DNA from: an uncultured delta proteobacterium
Lineage (GTDB): Bacteria; Myxococcota_A; Polyangia; Fen-1088
Reading direction: 5' to 3'
Length of the DNA: 64,000 nucleotides
Assembly (NCBI GenBank): GCA_963755125.1
Contig: CAVWIP010000014.1
Coordinates: 141,266-205,265, forward strand
Positions 59,013-64,000 of the stretch are shown here, in pieces. The position numbers were made by a program, and so were the translations under genes. The notes beneath the pieces are model-generated. The model made no database searches. It was given only the letters and a program-made list of their open reading frames with translations, and was not told the origin of the DNA. Within the stretch, counting starts at the first letter, position 1, and every line of letters starts with the position of its first letter.

Positions 59013-59486
59013 ATGCCAATACGTGTCATGATAGAGGTCAAGCGTCTCGGAGACATCAATCCTTCGTACGAGGAGCTGGCGCGCGGGGTACTGCAGGAAG
59101 AGGGCCTTGAGTTCGCTGGTGTGTCTTTGTCAGATCGCAGCTTGACGGTGAGTGGGTGGGCGGCCACCGTCGAGCAGGCGAAGGCCGCGACTGAACGACT
59201 AAAAATGCGGCTCTCGGGAGTGATGCATATGAAGACCACGGCATCGAGCAACACCACGAACATCGGTAAGGTCGTCGGCCCAGTCCATACCGGCGGCGGC
59301 GACATGAATGTCCAGATCACAGTCACCATGGATGTGCTGCTCCAGAAACTGGACTCAGCACTGACCTCGGCCGGCGTGCCACCGGACAAGAAGGAGGGCT
59401 TCATGAAAAGTGTCCGGGACTTCTTTGTGAAGCTCGGAACGGACGTTGCTGCGAAAGTGGCAACCGAGCTGTTGACGAAGAGTTGA
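59013..59486 (+). CDS. Small protein: BON-like N-domain, IGKVVGPVHTGGGD motif, C-terminal amphipathic helices
   Basis: GAGGGAG RBS; LTVSGWAATVEQAKAA...GV resembles BON; motif shared with the divergent WD40 protein. Confidence 0.7.
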   Translation: MPIRVMIEVKRLGDINPSYEELARGVLQEEGLEFAGVSLSDRSLTVSGWAATVEQAKAATERLKMRLSGVMHMKTTASSNTTNIGKVVGPVHTGGGDMNVQITVTMDVLLQKLDSALTSAGVPPDKKEGFMKSVRDFFVKLGTDVAAKVATELLTKS

Positions 59487-59673
59487 ATCTATCCGGTTCG
59501 GCAGCTCTGGTACGCGGACGTGAACATCGAAGAGCTGCTGGGGGAGTTCCTTGCCAAGGCATCGGGCCCTCAAGAAGCTGAAAGGAAGATTCGGAACGCT
59601 TGGCTGTTTTGTCGCAACGTGGCGCGAGTGAATGACTGACGGGGAATCCCATCCAGCACGCGCGCCCGGGGCT

Positions 59674-61056
59674 TCACCTGCTCCATACCCCGGGGAACAC
59701 ATTTGTTCGGAAGAACGCATCCAGATCTTGTGCGTTCTTCTTCGCCACCACGGTCGGCGCGGAATCGGCCTTGATGACGGCTGCGTAGTGGCGCTTGTCG
59801 CAGAAATCCCAAACAACCACCGTCTCGTAACGGCCGCCGACTAGCCCGCCGGTCCAAGACACCGGGATCTGTACGACAACTCTGTCGTCGTCGACACGCG
59901 CGATCACTTTTCCGAGCGCGGGGCTCTTACCGCTCGGGTGGGCGATGCTTTGAATGGCGCCGGCGACGCTCGCACCTCCCGTGCCCGCAAAATAAACGTC
60001 GATCCTCGCAAGTGCATCCGTCGCCCACCTCTGCGCTCCCTCTGCGTTCTTCCTGGCGGGAGGTGGGCACGGGAGGCTGCGATTCCCAGCCTGCCACTCC
60101 CCGTGCGTGGGATTTCGCACCGTGATGGCAAAGTCCATGCTTCCAAAGTTAGCGTCGGGCTTCTTGTCGTTGATCCCGACTGCAATTCGTCCGCCATATT
60201 TTGAAACAAGCGCGGCGCAGTCGCCCACGACGACTGGCTGGACGAGGGACTTCTGGCCCACGAAAGCAAGCGCAGCTCCAACCGGCTCCTTGGGAAAGAT
60301 CCTCCGGGCATAGGCTGGCGACGACTGTGTCACATAGTGCCCCGCCGCATGCACCTCCACGACCTGTCCAGCCAACACCGTAACCCCTTGGACTAGCGCT
60401 AGCTCTGGGCTCGCACGAAGCATGTGGGTTGTCTTTGCGGGGACGACGCTTTCAGCGAAGCGCGTGGTCAGTTCAAGGGTCTCGACGCTGCCCTCGCTAA
60501 GTTTCACAAGCTCGCCACTTCGGGCAGCCTGTTCGAGCTGTTGCCTTTTGAGGTGGAGCGAACCGATAGTTTCCTGCGTGTCCTCATCATCTTTGCCGTC
60601 GTCGGCAAGAACCGTGATTTCCACACCAGGGCGGGGGACGGCGTCAAGCGGCACAACGACTGAGAAGTTGAAGTTGTGTGACAGCGTGTTCCTGACCGTG
60701 TGGCTTTGAAAAGAAGCGTTCGGGCCTGCACGCAACCGGACGAAGATATCTGGGGCCGTCGGGGAGTGCCGTAAAGATCCACCTTCCCCTTTGGCCTCCG
60801 CCACATCGCAGAGGAGTTTTGCCCCGACACCCCACGGGCCTGTCAGTGCTTCGGCAACGAGGCCGACGGCTCCGCAGGGATTACGCTTCGGACCCTCCGC
60901 GGCGCGGGTCCAGGGCTGATTGCCGCCGGGCCGGGTTGGGGCGACCCGGACGAGCCCGATGTCCAGAATCACCCATTGCGCTGACTCCTCATCAGCCTGG
61001 GCACCGGCCGAAAATGGAACGGCCAGTGCGAGGACCATCAAGAATGCTTTCCTCAT
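59674..61056 (-). CDS. Exported hypothetical protein
   Basis: GGGAG RBS, signal peptide MRKAFLMVLALAVPFSAGA, 460-aa ORF; possible C2-like domain. Confidence 0.7.
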   Translation of the reverse strand: MRKAFLMVLALAVPFSAGAQADEESAQWVILDIGLVRVAPTRPGGNQPWTRAAEGPKRNPCGAVGLVAEALTGPWGVGAKLLCDVAEAKGEGGSLRHSPTAPDIFVRLRAGPNASFQSHTVRNTLSHNFNFSVVVPLDAVPRPGVEITVLADDGKDDEDTQETIGSLHLKRQQLEQAARSGELVKLSEGSVETLELTTRFAESVVPAKTTHMLRASPELALVQGVTVLAGQVVEVHAAGHYVTQSSPAYARRIFPKEPVGAALAFVGQKSLVQPVVVGDCAALVSKYGGRIAVGINDKKPDANFGSMDFAITVRNPTHGEWQAGNRSLPCPPPARKNAEGAQRWATDALARIDVYFAGTGGASVAGAIQSIAHPSGKSPALGKVIARVDDDRVVVQIPVSWTGGLVGGRYETVVVWDFCDKRHYAAVIKADSAPTVVAKKNAQDLDAFFRTNVFPGVWSR

Positions 61057-61147
61057 GGCGAACTCCCTGCCGGGCTGCTGGTTCCCGACCCGGCGATTCT
61101 CGCCGAGGCCGGATGCTTATGCAATAGGTCCATGATACCCTCTTGAT

Positions 61148-61819
61148 ATGGCAGGGTGCTCTCCGTTCGGGAATCCGGGAACCGCGACGATTTGGGTGAT
61201 GGTCACGATCCTCGACTCCGCACCGGGAAAGCTGAGGCTTCGACATGCTTCTTTCTCGATCTTTTCTCCCAATCGCCAAGTCATCGGCCTTCAGAGAAGG
61301 CAAAGTATGCTCTAGCAAAGCGCGTGGTGGATTACGTTTCAACCCTCGCAGGGAGACCCATCGAACTGGACGAATTGTACGCCACGAACATATGCAACCA
61401 GTTCCTTTCGGCACCACCGAAGGGGGCAGTCGTCTTGATTCCAGATGCCGTTGCTGACGAAGGTGTCCGAAAGAATTGTGCAAACCCTCGCGGAACGAGC
61501 GAAGAACCCGCGAGTGATCATCTCGATGTCGCAGCAGTGCCTCTACCATCGGTGCCGAACGGGATTTCTGGCATCGACGCCAGTCCTGACTGACTTTCTA
61601 CAGCGTTCTATTCCCAAGGCGTTCAAGGACTCTTGTCCAGGATACAGGCCAACAAAACGCCAAGCTTTTCTCAGCGTTTGCGGCCAACTGTTTTTACATC
61701 AAAATGTGCCGGTAGTCCCCGTGTTGCATGTTTCGAGCTATCGACGAATGACGGCGGCGTCTCGCTATCAGGAACCAATGGCCATCGCTTCTAAGCGTAT
61801 CCACACGTTACTGGCATAG
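61148..61819 (+). pseudogene. Doubly frameshifted uracil-DNA-glycosylase-fold-like gene
   Basis: Three frames join as MAGCSPFGNPGTATIWV / GHDPRL...YATNICN...ADEGV / ERIVQ...VPVLHV; shifts near 61199 and 61468. Confidence 0.55.
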
Positions 61820-62081
61820 CCCATGTCTGCCGTCATTGCGCCAAGTGATTCGCGGTTCGGACAAGGTCTTGAATGGTCCACCGAAGTGGATCACTGACAA
61901 AGGCGGTCCACGACGAAAAGACGGCGCCTCGTTGCGCTGTTTTTTCGTTGGAGAAGTAGGTTCGCTGCTGAAGCACGGTCGACCGAAAGAGGAGTCGAAC
62001 TACTTCCGGTATCAGGGTCTGGGCACATGACGCGCTGAAGGTGTAATCTATCCGGGACGATCAGTTCGCACGAATCCCGCT

Positions 62082-62222
62082 ATGGCGACTACGCCGCCCA
62101 ACATCCTCCGCTTCACAGATTCTCGGCAGGGAAGAATCGCCGAGCGACTCTTCATGCTGGTCGGACCGGGAGCCGCCGCATTCTTCAGGGACGCCTGCCG
62201 GCACATGGGGAGTCTTGAACCC
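62082..62222 (+). pseudogene. 5' fragment of a larger conserved hypothetical gene
   Basis: DSRQGRIAERLFMLVGPGAAAFFRDACRHM reads like a conserved N-terminus, then the frame becomes non-protein-like. Confidence 0.4.
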
Positions 62223-62839
62223 TATGGCCGCAGCGTATCACAACGGCCCGGTTGCCGATGCCGATCATCACGCCCCTACGCTGCTTGCCTCCATTGCTGC
62301 CCCGCGGTAGCCCGGACGCAAGAACACCGCCGACAGCATTGTCGACGGTGTTCCTCTCGTCGCCGAGTTCAGTGTGCGCGCGTTGACGATGGGTTGCCAT
62401 AACGGTGACAAAGCCTAGGATTCGGGGCCACGGCTGGCAACTGGTGGAATCCAATTGTTCGCCCTTTCTATCCCGTTGTGGAACGCTCCTTGTACCGTCG
62501 TGTTCACCGACTCGGCGAAGTTCTGCACTTGGTTTCTCGGGGATTCTCGTCGAGCTCACGGGTTGCCCAGCCCACTGCCCAATTTGCGCGGTGATGCCCA
62601 AGAAGTTTCAGCGGTCGCGTCGTCGATGGGACGGCGACGGAATCTTCAGACTGTCGGTCGCTTCACGGTGTTTTCAAGGCGCACGTTGCCCATTTGTTGC
62701 CCATGAGCGGCCGAAAGTAGGCGAGACCGGTCGATCATAGCCGACATCTGCATCTGACGATTTCAGCCACATTCAGCGACATTTGGCCAGATCAGACCGT
62801 TTCTTACAAACAGTCTTGTTTTCATGATATAAAATCCTC

Positions 62840-64000
62840 TCATACTGAGAGTAAAGCTCGGCAGCATGTATCGTTTTTGCCCAAGTCGAGCGAAGAAACT
62901 GGTGCTTCTGAGGTGGTAGAATTGACTCCGGTTGGTGTTGCAATCGGGGGGCGTTGACCGCCGGGTGCCCATGAGTATTCAATGGGCGTCGGATTGCATC
63001 GGCGTTCCAACACGTCGATAGCACTTCGGAAGGAGGATGGCGCCATATGCGAGTAACGCATGGTCATCTCGATGTTGGCGTGTCCGAGTAGGCTTTGCAC
63101 GACAGGGAGAGGCACGCCATCGGAAACCAACCACGAAGCGAAGGTGTGGCGTAGAACGTGCCAGCCTATTTTTCGCAAACCGGCGCGCTTGCACGCCTTG
63201 ATCATTTGGCTTCGCGCCGTGGCGTGGAGGAGCGAGCCGCCGTCCTCACGATGGAATACGAACTGACAATCGCGAGGCATTTTAGCCAACGCGCCGACGG
63301 CTGCCGCCGAAAGGGGAATTTGGCGCTCACGGTTGTTCTTGGTCGAACCCACGATACCCCGCACAACCGAACGCCTCACAACCAGTTGTCGTGCATTCGT
63401 GTCGACGTCGTTCCATTCCAGACCGCATATCTCTCCGATGCGCAGACCAGTGTTGAGAGCCAGCGTAGCCATGGTTTGCCACTGTCCTGCTGGTATCGCG
63501 GCCACTAATCGGTCGGCTTCTTCGTGGCTGAGAAAATCGAACCGATGGCGTGGCTGTCGCAGGAACTTGGTCTTGGGCGCGACGGTCAACACGCCCCATT
63601 CCACGGCGTCATGCAAGCATTTGGCCAGAATGCTGACGTACAGATTGATAGTGCCGGCGGATAGACCTTCGGCGAGCTCGGCCATCTTGTAGTGTTCGAC
63701 CTTCGTTACATCTATTTCAGCAAGCGGGAGATCGCCAAAGGCTGGTACAAGGTGGCTGGTCAGCGCGCTCCAGCGCAAAGCCTGCGTTGATGGTTTGTTG
63801 TTCGTTCGCACGTACGTCTCGAACCACTCCTTTGCAAAGTCCCCGAATGTCCGTGTGGTGGCCCCAGGCGACGCCGGTTTGGCTGGTTCGCCGATTGTGA
63901 GCCGGTGGCGCAGCACGGCCTCGTACGCCTTGGCGCCGGCTTGACTGTTTTCTGGACTGCGAACTCGGTGGCGGGTGTTGTTCACCCGGAAGTCAACCCA
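62840..64000 (-). CDS. Tyrosine recombinase/integrase (5' end outside window)
   Basis: TGLRIGE, TKN, HVLRH, LGH, TMRY catalytic set; frame open to base 64000 (WVDFR). Confidence 0.95.
   Translation of the reverse strand, partial: WVDFRVNNTRHRVRSPENSQAGAKAYEAVLRHRLTIGEPAKPASPGATTRTFGDFAKEWFETYVRTNNKPSTQALRWSALTSHLVPAFGDLPLAEIDVTKVEHYKMAELAEGLSAGTINLYVSILAKCLHDAVEWGVLTVAPKTKFLRQPRHRFDFLSHEEADRLVAAIPAGQWQTMATLALNTGLRIGEICGLEWNDVDTNARQLVVRRSVVRGIVGSTKNNRERQIPLSAAAVGALAKMPRDCQFVFHREDGGSLLHATARSQMIKACKRAGLRKIGWHVLRHTFASWLVSDGVPLPVVQSLLGHANIEMTMRYSHMAPSSFRSAIDVLERRCNPTPIEYSWAPGGQRPPIATPTGVNSTTSEAPVSSLDLGKNDTCCRALLSV

Larger units (their letters stand above)
53989..64000. mobile_element. tRNA-integrated genomic island (continues beyond window)
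   Basis: att fragment, excisionase, integrase, many pseudogenes, visibly lower GC and different codon usage. Confidence 0.8.

Noticed and set aside
58816..59019. IscU/NifU-like small ORF (MYSSEIVEH...)
   Set aside because: Superficial resemblance only; too short, lacks the conserved cysteine set and overlaps the WD40 gene.
54376..59639. Selenocysteine or readthrough at TGA 54376 (xis-parE) and TGA 59484 (open frame continues about 50 codons)
   Set aside because: No SECIS-like hairpin recognised and no catalytic Cys context; deletion junctions or chance explain both.
62817..62844. dif-like Xer site after the integrase
   Set aside because: The putative XerD arm matches only partly (TCATGAAAACA) and the XerC arm does not match.

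Overview
High-GC bacterial DNA; the lipoprotein/TPR style suggests a Myxococcota-like anaerobe (inference). 1-10.6 kb: [FeFe]-hydrogenase locus with hydG-aspA-hydF-hydE, a Rex-box promoter, hydC, hydB fused to a GltD/NfnB-like NADPH module, hydA and an orphan receiver. 11-21.4 kb: uncharacterised envelope cluster of a membrane polyferredoxin, three Tat-type DUF362 proteins, two small DUF6599-like proteins (one apparently circularly permuted) and a 1393-aa propeller/beta-barrel protein carrying a third copy of that domain; a 163-bp MITE follows. 21.5-48.8 kb: rubrerythrin, PilT-like ATPase, aqpZ, vapBC, nrdJ, a glycosylation operon, OmpA, galKT, GH113-like hydrolase, gluconolactonase, carbamoyltransferase and a TetR-TolC-MFP-RND pump. 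48.9-54 kb: QrcABCD-like four-gene redox complex. From about 54.0 kb to the end is a genomic island bounded by a tRNA-Gly(CCC) 3' fragment. It carries an excisionase, pseudogenes, a WD40-MFS-HAD-ATP-grasp operon, a divergent small gene sharing a 14-aa RHIM/amyloid-like motif with the WD40 protein, and a tyrosine integrase. The best candidates for undescribed systems are the shared-motif WD40/small-protein pair and the DUF362/DUF6599/outer-membrane cluster. All family calls come from reading motifs by eye; no database searches were run.
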